A stretch of DNA of 63,301 nucleotides, counting the filler, from Octopus bimaculoides (taxonomy: Eukaryota), in assembly GCF_001194135.2 (NCBI RefSeq). It is 6 parts of 6 records of this genome, joined end to end, with 100 filler letters (N's around TTAATTAATTAA, not from the genome) between each part and the next. Parts side by side here need not be neighbours in the genome. Positions count along the whole stretch, not along the records: positions 45,215 to 60,951 come from NC_068990.1; positions 61,052 to 63,301 come from NW_026299971.1; 4 more parts are not named here. The stretch is one strand, 5' to 3'. The position numbers and the translations under genes are program-made. Below the pieces are notes generated by a model. It was not told the origin of the DNA. It saw nothing but the letters and a program-made list of their open reading frames with translations, and did not search any database. Each line of letters starts with the position of its first letter. Position 1 is the first letter of the stretch. Positions 51,956-63,301 of this stretch are shown piece after piece.

Positions 51956-52549
51956 TCTGGTGGTGGTGGTGGTGGTGGTGGTGTTGGTAGTGCACTGTTG
52001 GGATGGCTGGTGAAGAAGGGAAGTTGTTGATTGGTGGAGATGATGATGCTGAGTTTCATATCAATGGTAAATGGTATGATAAAAATGATGGTAACGGTGG
52101 TGGCGGGTGGTGGCGACGGTAGTGGCGTTAAGTAATGTCTTATAGTGATGATACTAGTTCTGCTCAAATGAATTGGGCGAAGAAAGAATCCATCAAGCTG
52201 ATGAGGAATAAAGAAATTATTAAAAGCGAAACCGTAAAATCGCTGGAACATTGGAATCGAACATTGAGCTTACCTGATGCTACATCATATGACACGTTAT
52301 GATATATTACCAAACTATATGATATCATATGGTGTTGGCCTTTAGCGATTAACTGCATGGAGGGAGACCTGCTCCTATTATTTGCAGAAGTGAGGACGTC
52401 ACTAAACGCATCGAGGGTGCGGCGGTGTTATATCGAGCGAACGAAGAAATCTACGACTTTGATATGAAGAAAAAATATATGAAATGACATCATATTATAT
52501 TATAGTATATATTATAATATTATTTAGTGTTATACTGTGATATGATATA

Positions 52550-52758
52550 GGGCGGCGAGCTGGCAGATTTGTTACCAGGCCGGTCAAAGTGATTAACGGC
52601 ATTTTCGTCTGTTTTTACATTCTGAGTTCAATTACCGCCGAGGTCGATTTTGCCTTTCATCCTTTCGGGGTCGATAAAATCAAGCACTAGAGTCGATGTA
52701 ATCGACTACCAACTTCCGCCAAATATCAGGCCTTGTGCCTATAGTAGAAACGATATTA
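52550..52758 (+). mobile_element. SINE family B inserted in an ATATG/ATATC-type low-complexity tract
   Basis: GGCGGCGAGCTGGCAG..CCGAGGTCGATTTTGCCTTTCATCCTTTCGGGGTCGATAAAAT..GGCCTTGTGCCTATAG. Confidence 0.9.
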
Positions 52759-54061
52759 TAACTTATCATATGTTGTGGCGTGATTTCATATGATATACAA
52801 TACAGCTTATGACATTACATGGTATAATGTAGTACATGACATACGATATACAACATATGATTATACATATGATATGATATATTATATGTAATGTGATATA
52901 TGGGACATCGAACAACACTATATAGTATATGATGTGATACAAACTATGTATGATGTGAAGATATTCGTACATAAGTGCTTAGTGCTGGGGGGGGNNNNNN
53001 NNNNGGGGGGGGGGTCGTGTTGATATCTTTAATATATCGGATTTAGAAAATGAAATCAAATCATAAGAATATCAATGTTATGAACCAACGTGACTCCTTA
53101 TTTTGCCGTCCAATCTTTTAAGACCTACACTAAATACCCTTTAAATTATACTCCGAGGTGTTAAAAACTGAAAAGCATATAGGATAATATAATCCAAGAT
53201 ACACTATGACTGAGAAAACTATGAAATTGTCATGGGTGGAACGTCTTTGGAAATCTGGGACTTAGAGTTTTATCGTCGATTCACATTGTCTTTGGCAAAT
53301 GCCTTCTGTAGTATTCTCATATTTAATAAAAATGGAAATAAAACTAGTAATTTCGAACAAAAACATCGAAAATTGTTTGTTCTCCCCAAGTTACACAAAT
53401 GATTCCTTGTCGCTCTTCCTATCCTAAATGCAGTAAACTAGTGAACGGTCTGTTGGATATCAGTAACAATTAATGCTTTTGCTGACAATGTATCAGATAA
53501 ATAATTAATCGAGTTTGCGCTGTGGCTGAACAACAACAACAATAATAATAAATGCTATATCAATGGATACATTGATGTGACTGCATATATGATTTTTACA
53601 CATAGTAATAACATCATCAACGAGGATTCACCAAGAACAGTAATAATATTTATGTTATCAACAATAAAAATTCATGATACATCACACGAAGGGGTGATGT
53701 TATCATTAAAGTACACGTGCGGCCAACCAGAGAATCTTCTACGTGGTGATTAGAAGTGTTAGAAACGGCAACCCGAGATCTTCCACACACATCTTACGTT
53801 ATAGTAAGATTCCTTAGCCTCATAACAGAGGCCCCAAATTTCCCTCAAATAGCAATACATCTCCTTAACAATGAAAGGAAAGACTTGTAGAATAATTTAT
53901 TCGTATGTACGCTACGCCTGAATGAAAAAGGCCATCGTCTTAGCTGGAAAGACTTGATCATAGGAAGACAACTGGATCAGGGCTGATCTGACAATAAATA
54001 AACTATAAAAAAAGTAAGCAACAAAACAAGTCAGGCAATGTTTCTAACTCAAGTGCTAGAT

Positions 54062-54394
54062 CACGGGTTCTCAGCCTTTTTAAAAAAAAATTATTGACCC
54101 CTTTCGTTACTATTTTATTTTAATGGACCCCCTACAGCCATTCGACGTTTAAAAACCACTTTTATAGAAACTTCTTTCAAATTTCTTATTTTGTTTTTCA
54201 CACTTCCACATGTGTAGTTTGAATTATGGAAACCCAGCTGTTTCTTGTAATACGTACCAATATATACATCTTAAGCAAAATTTTTCAGGGATACTTAAAA
54301 TTCTAGTGTGGATCCCCAAGTTTACTATTTTGCGTGCACCCCAAAATCTTATATGGATCCTCAGGGTCCATATGGACCCGGTTGAGAACCACTG
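54062..54394. mobile_element. 333-bp hAT-type MITE
   Basis: TIRs CACGGGTTCTCAGCC / GGTTGAGAACCACTG; perfect 8-bp TSD TGCTAGAT at 54054-54061 and 54395-54402. Confidence 0.92.
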
Positions 54395-54764
54395 TGCTAG
54401 ATGGATAGATTAAGCTCATGTGACAGAATTTATGGCTACGGCTGATCATAGGTTTGAAGTGACCTTTGATCATAGGCAACACTTAGGATGAAACCACAAC
54501 AGTACGACACATTGCTGCACATTATTATGGAAGTGAATGACATACAAATGAATCTCCCAAAAAGAAAGACATGTTACAGCGTCTGGTTCATTTTTTTGTG
54601 TTCTCATATCCAATAACAACTCGGCCGATTTTGATCATCATCTTTCTAAGAACGACAACATAAAGTACCAGTCGACTAATGGGCTTGTATTAATCCTCTA
54701 AACATCTTTTCAAAGTACATGGAACCGGAACTATTTTAATTCACTATTATAGTTATTTTTGGGG

Positions 54765-55115
54765 CTTTGGGTTGGCAGAACTGTGAAGGTGTAGAGCAAA
54801 ATGTCTCGTCAGTACTTGTTTCAGCTGTGTACGTTCTAAGTTCAACTTTGTTTTTTCATCCTTTCAAGGTCGATAAAACAAAATATCAATTATGTGAGTC
54901 GTATAAAATGCTTAGCGGTGTTTCTTCCGACTTATTACGTTCTGAATTCAAAAAGGATTAACTTTGCCACTCACCCCTCTGAGGTCGATAAAATAGAGTA
55001 CTACTCAAGTTCTGAGGGGTGAGTGGCAAAGNNNNNNNNNNNNNNNNNNNNNNNNNNNNNNNNNNNNNNCCCCCCCCCCCCCCGAATTGCTGCTCTTGAG
55101 CCAAAAGTCGAAATC
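54765..55115 (+). mobile_element. Two tandem decayed SINE family B copies
   Basis: TTGGCAGAA..TTCATCCTTTCAAGGTCGATAAAA, then AAATGCTTAGCGGT..GAGGTCGATAAAATAG; interrupted by a gap. Confidence 0.7.
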
Positions 55116-56878
55116 ATCATTATTATTAGCATTATCTCGAGATTATTGAGTCTTCGATTACACTTCATGATTGTTGGAAATATCGAAGTTTGCTTCACTG
55201 TGGTCGTTCAACATTTTGAATAAATACAAGAACTGCTTCAGAAAAGAAAAGAAAGGGGTCTTGATCAAATGAATTGATTCTAACGTATTATGGAAGACTC
55301 AAGCTGCTTGTTCCACCAGCTGGAAATAGCAGTTAAATTTCCTTCAAATTACCCTATTTTCTAAAATAAAATAGGCACGTTAACTAATGCAATCCTGAAA
55401 ATCTTTTTGCACTGCAAAAAGACGGGGTGGTCACGATTGAAACAAGAACACAGTTGAGTGAACATTAAGTTGCTAAAAACTAAATCTCCGTTAATGTAGA
55501 TATCTCATCGTTAAAAAGACAAGATGATCACGGCTGGAATGCTTTTGATCAAAAGTTGGTCCGATGAAGGATGATCTTATACGTTTATCTATCCTCGTAA
55601 GCAAAAAGCGAAAGACGACGCAGGCTTAAGAATGAAGTTGTGTATTGAAGGAGAGTTCGGATTATCTGTTTTGAAAAGCATGAACTTCACACCTATATAT
55701 TTTTTCAGATAATATGAAAAGCAGGATTTAACCAGGTAGATATTATACGAAGCTATGTAACGAAAACGTGTTTACCTTAACTGTTCCGAAATGTATGGAC
55801 ATCACATCTATGTCTTTCAATCAATATTGGCTACATATGAGCAGAAAAGTCATACAATTGACTATTTGACAACACTAAAGGGTAGGATAAATATAAATTC
55901 TATTTACCTCTCTAGTGATCATCAGTAGCCGGCTGCTGAAACATAGCTTTTTAAGCTACAGCAAAGTAAGCGATTCAGCGATCCTCATTGCCAGTGGAAC
56001 TTCCCTGCGATCGTGTTATTCGAAAGTGATGGAAATGGAGATGACGGTCGCGAAAAATAATCTTAAAGAAATGGATACCAAAAATTTAAGACAAAAAAGA
56101 AAAAAAATCTTTTTAGTTGCAGATTGTCACGTCAGCATCAACATAGTTTAGTTTATATGAAGAGTGTCAAAAACTGCCATCTGTCGGTCATCTTATCTGT
56201 TGCCAGCAATTACCGGGCGCCATTATTGGAGATTAATACTAAAATTGGAGTCACGAAATTTTTTTCACACACACACGCACGCACGCACGCACGCACNNNN
56301 NNNNNNNNNNNNNNNNNNNNNNNNNNNNNNNNNNNNNNNNNNNNNNNNNNNNNNNNNNNNNNNNNNNNNNNNNNNNNNNNNNNNNNNNNNNNNNNNNNNN
56401 NNNNNNNNNNNNNNNNNNNNNNNNNNNNNNNNNNNNNNNNNNNNNNNNNNNNNNNNNNNNNNNNNNNNNNNNNNNNNNNNNNNNNNNNNNNNNNNNNNNN
56501 NNNNNNNNNNNNNNNNNNNNNNNNNNNNNNNNNNNNNNNNNNNNNNNNNNNNNNNNNNNNNNNNNNNNNNNNNNNNNNNNNNNNNNNNNNNNNNNNNNNN
56601 NNNNNNNNNNNNNNNNNNNNNNNNNNNNNNNNNNNNNNNNNNNNNNNNNNNNNNNNNNNNNNNNNNNNNNNNNNNNNNNNNNNNNNNNNNNNNNNNNNNN
56701 NNNNNNNNNNNNNNNNNNNNNNNNNNNNNNNNNNNNNNNNNNNNNNNNNNNNNNNNNNNNNNNNNNNNNNNNNNNNNNNNNNNNNNNNNNNNNNNNNNNN
56801 NNNNNNNNNNNNNNNNNNNNNNNNNNNNNNNNNNNNNNNNNNNNNNNNNNNNNNNNNNNNNNNNNNNNNNNNNNNNNN

Positions 56879-56931
<53 letters not shown>

Positions 56932-57548
56932 TATATACATACTTCCGTAAATGCATTGAAACATACATGCACACGCACACATGCAATATGCATGTATGTA
57001 TGTATGTGAATGCGTGTATCTGTGTATATACGTGTATGATCATATGTACGCATGTTTGAATGTTCACTTAGCGTCCCTCCCACGAAATCTAGATTTTTTT
57101 TCACCCTTGTGCCTGTCAACTTAAATAACATCAATAAACATATTAATGATTATTTACAATTAACAAGAATGAGGCGGATGCTGATGATGGTGGTGACGAT
57201 TATAATGACGATGACAGTGACGACGACGACGACGACGGTGGGGTTTACGTGGATGAGGAGGAGGAAGAAGAAGAAAAGTAGAACTGGAAGATAATAAAAA
57301 TAATAGTATTAAAAATATTAATGATAGTGATAACATTAGTTCTTTTTCTTTTTCTTTTTTCTTATTACTCTCACGCGAAGCTATCAATCTTTTTCAATTC
57401 TCTTCATTTTTTTATTTTTTATCACTAATTTTCCTTCAAACATCTCTCCCATCCACACATCCCAACCTTCTCTGTCTCTCCCCATCTCTTCTCCAACCTT
57501 TTTCTCTGTCTTCACGCACAGACACATATCGTATATGTGTGCATGTAA

Positions 57549-57582
<34 letters not shown>

Positions 57583-58994
57583 NNNNNNNNNNNNNNNNNN
57601 NNNNNNNNNNNNNNNNNNNNNNNNNNNNNNNNNNNNNNNNNNNNNNNNNNNNNNNNNNNNNNNNNNNNNNNNNNNNNNNNNNNNNNNNNNNNNNNNNNNN
57701 NNNNNNNNNNNNNNNNNNNNNNNNNNNNNNNNNNNNNNNNNNNNNNNNNNNNNNNNNNNNNNNNNNNNNNNNNNNNNNNNNNNNNNNNNNNNNNNNNNNN
57801 NNNNNNNNNNNNNNNNNNNNNNNNNNNNNNNNNNNNNNNNNNNNNNNNTATATATATATATATATATATATATGAGTACGTCTCTCGGCCTTTTTTTTAA
57901 CCTGTTTATCTATTTATCTAACTATTTATCATATCTTTTTTGCCTACCTCTCTATCTACCCAGCTACCAGTCTATTTCTATATCTACTAAATATGTCTGT
58001 ACGCGTGTAAACAATAATCATTATTGCAAATATGATCCCCCCCCCACACACACACACAGAGGAAAATAATCGTCCCCCCACTACTACTAAGAACAACGTT
58101 AACAATAACAATAACAATAACAACAATACCATGTCACACGATCTTTAAGCTTTCTTATTTTTCAGATTGATTTACAATTAATATCTACTCCATTATCTCT
58201 ACCAACAGATTAAAATTATATGAGTGTGTGGGTGTGCGTGTATGTATGTATGTATATATATGTGTGTTTGTGTGTGTGTGTGCGTGTGTGTGAATGTATA
58301 TATATATATTTATATATGCGTGTGTGTATGTATATATGTGTATGTGCGTGAGTGTATAGATATGTGTGCGTGTATATATATATATGTGTGTGTGTTTATG
58401 CGTGCACGTATGAATATATATTTATGTATATATGTATTTCATTTATATATTTGTAAGTATACACATCTATATGTGCGTGTGTGTGTGTGTGTATAAATGT
58501 GTTTGTGTGTATATGTGTACGTGTGTGTGAATATATGTGTATGTATGTATGTATGTATGTATGTATGTATGTTTCCCTCTCCACTTCCCCAACGGATTAA
58601 AGTATATCTGCCAGCTAGTGCAGGGATCGAACTGCCAACCTCATCCACCGAGTTGAAGCTCTTTACTATGACATACGACACTTGTTATTTAGCCTGTAAC
58701 TGGATCCCTTCAGCTTCGACACAACCTCCACCCTGATCCCTAAATGGCTCCCTTTAACTCCACATTTAGAACTCTCTCTCTCCCTTTCTCCCCGCTCATT
58801 CTTTTTCTGTCTCACCCTAATTCTGGACCTTTCAATCCGTTTATTGTTGACATTAGGGGTGTCATAATTTGACAGGGCCAATGTGTTGGTGTCGGTTTCG
58901 ATTCCGGTATGGTTTTAGGGAGGCTTTGATTATTGCAGCGATGTTTAGGGTATTTAGGATACGTGCGAAATGATGTTGGGGCGTTGGTAGACAA

Positions 58995-60179
58995 TGATAG
59001 TGATAGTGGTGGAGGTTGTGATGGTGTTGATGCTGGTGCTATTGTTAGTCTTGGTGGTGGTGGTGGTGGTGTGTGTATGTGTGTGAGTGTGTGTGTGCGT
59101 GTGCGTGTATGTGAGGTGGAGTGGTGACAAGGTTGTTAGTTGTGGAGGATGCGGTGCTGAGGGTGGTATGATGTTGTGGCGGTTGTGATGTCAATGTTTA
59201 TCTGTGTGCTGATGGGGATGATGATCATGATGGCGGTGGGGCTATTAGCGGGAGGGGGTGATTGAGGGGTGGTAGTGGTAGTGGTGGTAGTGGTGGTAGT
59301 GCTAGTGGTTTCGGTGATGTGGATGATGTAGGCGGCGGTGGTGCTGATGCTGAAGATGGTAGAGTGTTTAGGTGATTGTGATGGCGATGCTTATCTTGGT
59401 GGTTCTGGTGGTAGTGCAAGTAGGAATATTTCTCGTGGTTGAGGTAGGGACGTTTGTGGCAGTGGGGACAACGGTGTTCATTCTCGTATTAGTGGTAGTG
59501 ATGCTGATGATGATGGCAGAGTGGGGGTAGTGGGCGTGGTGGCACTCATGTTGGTGATCGGATTTATGGTGAGGTATGTAGCGATAAAAAGCTATTGAAT
59601 TTATGGGTGGTGGTCTCGTCGTAAAGGTTGTAGTGTGGTGGTGTTCATGATGGTGAAGGATATGGTAGTGGTGGTGGTGATACTATGGCGGTATGTTTGG
59701 TAGCGGCAGTGGTTGCTGTAGTAGTATTTGTGATGACTGAGCTGGGAGTATATGACGAAGTAGTGGTGATGGCGAGTGATGGTGACTGATGGCCGGTAGA
59801 ATGACTGATGGTAGGGATGGTGACTGATAATAATGGTAGAATGGTGGTGGTGGCTGTAGCGATGTAGTGATGATAACCGACAATGTTGGCGGTGACAGCG
59901 GTGGCGGTGGTGACAGTAGTGTGGCGGTTGTGGTAACATGATAGTTGAAGTGGTTGTGTGATGATGGCTGTTGGGTGGTGGTGGTGTTGGTGGTNNNNNN
60001 NNNNGGTGGTGGTTGTTGTGGTAGTGGTGGTAGCGACCACTGCTGTTATATTGGTGAAGTGACATCACACGAGATCTATCTGCATGTGCCAGATGGCAGG
60101 CACACGTCTTTAATTCTCTAATAACCTCTTCTTTCCAAGTAATAGCAGCAGCAACAGCAGCAGCAGCAGCAGCAGTAGC

Positions 60180-60216
<37 letters not shown>

Positions 60217-60230
60217 ATTGATGTTCGTGT
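58995..60230. repeat. Extended cryptic (GGT)/(GAT)/(AGC)/(AGT) low-complexity region
   Basis: Visible degenerate triplet composition. Confidence 0.85.
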
Positions 60231-61064
60231 TCATGTTGTTATTGATGTTGTTCGTATATGACCCGATTAGAACTCGCATTGCTCTAATGAACCACGGTGA
60301 AGAGACTCCATCCGACTAATATCACACCTTCACACCACGTCCTCCGTTCACTTACCGCCCCTCAACCACGGGCCCTTCATTTATTTTATTTCTTTTTTTT
60401 TTTATTTTAGTTTTATTTCAAATTATTTTTTTATTTTGTTTTTATTTAGTTAGTTATTTATTCATTTATTCAGAATCAACCAGGCTGTCAAAAAAAAATC
60501 CTTTAAATATATAAAAAAAAAAGATAATTGAACCGAATAAATAAATAAATAAATAAACGTAAACGTCAAAAGGCAATATTTAATAGTCCCTGGCAGAATC
60601 ATGTAACCAAATGCTCTTCCCTTCATCACCACATACATCTGCTTTTTTCTTTCTAAAGATGACAGTTGGAAAACCACAAACTTTAATTACTCGTTAGTAT
60701 CTAGTTGCTTTATATGTCAAGAATTTAGCCATTTTCATCAACTGTACTGCTGCAATGTTGGAAGAGAAGAAGATGGTGAAGGGGAAAAAATACTGAAGAA
60801 AAAAAAAGTACTGAGTAATAATAATAAGAAGAAGAAGAAGAAGACAAATTTCTCTTTTCAAGATGGCTGAACTCCTTTTAGAAATGTAACTTGAAATTAT
60901 GCGCAGTCATTTTAGCATGCAAAACAGGAGCAACATTTAAATCGTTTGGACNNNNNNNNNNNNNNNNNNNNNNNNNNNNNNNNNNNNNNNNNNNNTTAAT
61001 TAATTAANNNNNNNNNNNNNNNNNNNNNNNNNNNNNNNNNNNNNNNNNNNNTATATGTAATCCT

Positions 61065-61215
61065 CATAATCATTGTCATCATCATTACCATTATCATCAT
61101 TTTAATAGCTGCTTTTTCATGCTTACATAGGCTGAATGGAATTTGCTGTGGCAGATGTTCTATGACTGAATGCCCTTCCTGTCACCAACCTTTGACTGTT
61201 TCCAGGTAAGGTAGC
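61065..61215 (-). mobile_element. Probable retroposon 3' end with (TGA)n-like tail
   Basis: ATCATCAT tract, then GCTTTTTCATGCTTACATAGG..ATGCCCTTCCTGTCACCAACC, recalled as an RTE-related tail; unverified. Confidence 0.45.
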
Positions 61216-62999
61216 AAATAAATTATTCTAATATATAGTGGATATTCATGTATGTATGTGTGTGTGTGCGCGCACACGTAATATTGATACATCTGCAGTT
61301 GGTTTGTATTTATTGACAATCATTTGTAATTCAATATCATATATCAGGGACAGGAAATTTGTATTAATAGTCAAGAGTTAATCTAAAGAGAATATATTTA
61401 CTTTGATAAGAGCATAGCATGATCAAATCGAGGAATGTTAAATCGCTGCCAAGAACAGAATGAATATAAGACTGAGTCTAAATTCTTGTCTTCAAAGTGT
61501 TCCATCTGAAAGAAATATGAAAATGAAAGAAACAAATTATGAAAAATATAATTCTTTACTTAAATCAGATAACAATTTAAGTTAAAAACTTTTCACAAAG
61601 AGGCTAAAATGTATAATTTTCAAAATTGCATTTTAACTTTTTACCAAACTTCTAGGACTCTAGCTCCCCAAAGTCAGTGTATGATCCTCTTCTTGGAGTG
61701 ATAAATGCAAAACAAATTTCAATATATACAAACTTAAATGTGAAACAGTAAAAGGCAAAAGAAAAAAAAACAGTTATTTTCTCTTTCACATTGTGTCTGA
61801 AACCCTGTACTAGTTTTTGAGAATATATACATTTTTAAATGAGGAATTTTAATAACTTATTTAACTTTTTTAAAACAGCTCCTGAACAATATTTATAGTT
61901 CAACCTCATTCCAGAATAATGTTTGATATGCCTGTGCATCATACCACAAAGCTTCAGGAGACAATGCCCCATGGAAGATGTTGCGAAATGAAACAGTATC
62001 TTGAAAGAGATGCATTCACACATTCTCTAACATGCTTCTTTACTATCATTNNNNNNNNNNNNNNNNNNNNNNNNNNNNNNNNNNNNNNNNNNNNNNNNNN
62101 NNNNNNNNNNNNNNNNNNNNNNNNNNNNNNNNNNNNNNNNNNNNNNNNNNNNNNNNNNNNNNNNNNNNNNNNNNNNNNNNNNNNNNNNNNNNNNNNNNNN
62201 NNNNNNNNNNNNNNNNNNNNNNNNNNNNNNNNNNNNNNNNNNNNNNNNNNNNNNNNNNNNNNNNNNNNNNNNNNNNNNNNNNNNNNNNNNNNNNNNNNNN
62301 NNNNNNNNNNNNNNNNNNNNNNNNNNNNNNNNNNNNNNNNNNNNNNNNNNNNNNNNNNNNNNNNNNNNNNNNNNNNNNNNNNNNNNNNNNNNNNNNNNNN
62401 NNNNNNNNNNNNNNNNNNNNNNNNNNNNNNNNNNNNNNNNNNNNNNNNNNNNNNNNNNNNNNNNNNNNNNNNNNNNNNNNNNNNNNNNNNNNNNNNNNNN
62501 NNNNNNNNNNNNNNNNNNNNNNNNNNNNNNNNNNNNNNNNNNNNNNNNNNNNNNNNNNNNNNNNNNNNNNNNNNNNNNNNNNNNNNNNNNNNNNNNNNNN
62601 NNNNNNNNNNNNNNNNNNNNNNNNNNNNNNNNNNNNNNNNNNNNNNNNNNNNNNNNNNNNNNNNNNNNNNNNNNNNNNNNNNNNNNNNNNNNNNNNNNNN
62701 NNNNNNNNNNNNNNNNNNNNNNNNNNNNNNNNNNNNNNNNNNNNNNNNNNNNNNNNNNNNNNNNNNNNNNNNNNNNNNNNNNNNNNNNNNNNNNNNNNNN
62801 NNNATAAACAGAAAAGAGTCATGACGATGTTTAGCTGTGTATCAATTGATTTAAGGATTACGAATAAATACCCATTTCTCTTCATCTGCATAACACAACA
62901 TATATACATATACATACATACATACTTACATACATAAATACATACATATATATAGATATATATGTATGTATGTATGTATGTATGTGTATATATTTGTGT

Positions 63000-63190
63000 G
63001 TGTGTCTGTGTTTGTCCCTTTGCCAGCGCTTGACAATTGGTGCTGGTGTGTTTATATTCCTGTAATTCAGTGGTCGGCAAATGAGACCAATAGAATAGGT
63101 ACTAAACTTACAAAGAATAAGTTCTGGGGTCGAAGGTGGTGCGCCAGTATGGCCACAGTCAAATGACTGAAACAAGTAAAAAATAAAAGA
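63000..63190 (+). mobile_element. SINE family A 3' half
   Basis: TTTGTCCC..CGCTTGACAA..GGTGTGTTTA..GAGACCAATAGAATAGGTACT..ATGGCCACAGTCAAATGACTGAAACAAG. Confidence 0.85.
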
Positions 63191-63301
63191 AAAGAAAGGT
63201 TTCCTTAGATAAATGAAACCATGTAAAGTAAATGCTTGATTCAGTTATACAGTATGAAAATTCTGTAGTGGGTTTGAATATACAATCCATGAATGAGTAA
63301 T

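Noticed and set aside
54962-55031. Perfect 18-bp inverted repeat CTTTGCCACTCACCCCTC / GAGGGGTGAGTGGCAAAG
   Set aside because: The second arm ends exactly at a gap inside a SINE; probably a fold-back read or gap-filling artefact.
59225-60068. His/Thr/Pro-rich minus-strand ORFs resembling mucin or His-rich proteins
   Set aside because: All three frames give similar low-complexity peptides from degenerate (ACC)/(ATC) repeats; no frame preference or splice support.

Overview
AT-rich, gap-ridden animal genomic DNA, extremely dense in microsatellites and decayed transposons. The repeat landscape is most consistent with an octopod cephalopod draft assembly (inference from recalled repeat style, not verified). 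No host protein-coding gene, rRNA, tRNA or CRISPR array can be supported. Recognisable coding remnants are all mobile elements: restriction-like-endonuclease (RLE) non-LTR retrotransposons of the R4/Dong type, CR1-like and RTE LINEs, Penelope-like elements (RT and GIY-YIG pieces), mariner and hAT transposons, two tRNA-derived SINE families and MITEs. Most notable: (1) a 4.9-kb nest of same-strand R4/Dong fragments separated by triplet microsatellites, plus a second RLE family flanked by (CATA)n, suggesting microsatellite-targeting retrotransposons; (2) a 581-bp fold-back MITE with an 8-bp TSD and a central head-to-head telomeric (AACCCT)3(AGGGTT)5 pivot; (3) a mariner derivative built from two left ends; (4) a polypyrimidine-CAG|GTATGT ratchet-point-like site; (5) a 139-bp near-perfect hairpin and degenerate Penelope-type hammerhead motifs. 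Family assignments rest on motif recognition by eye; no searches were run.
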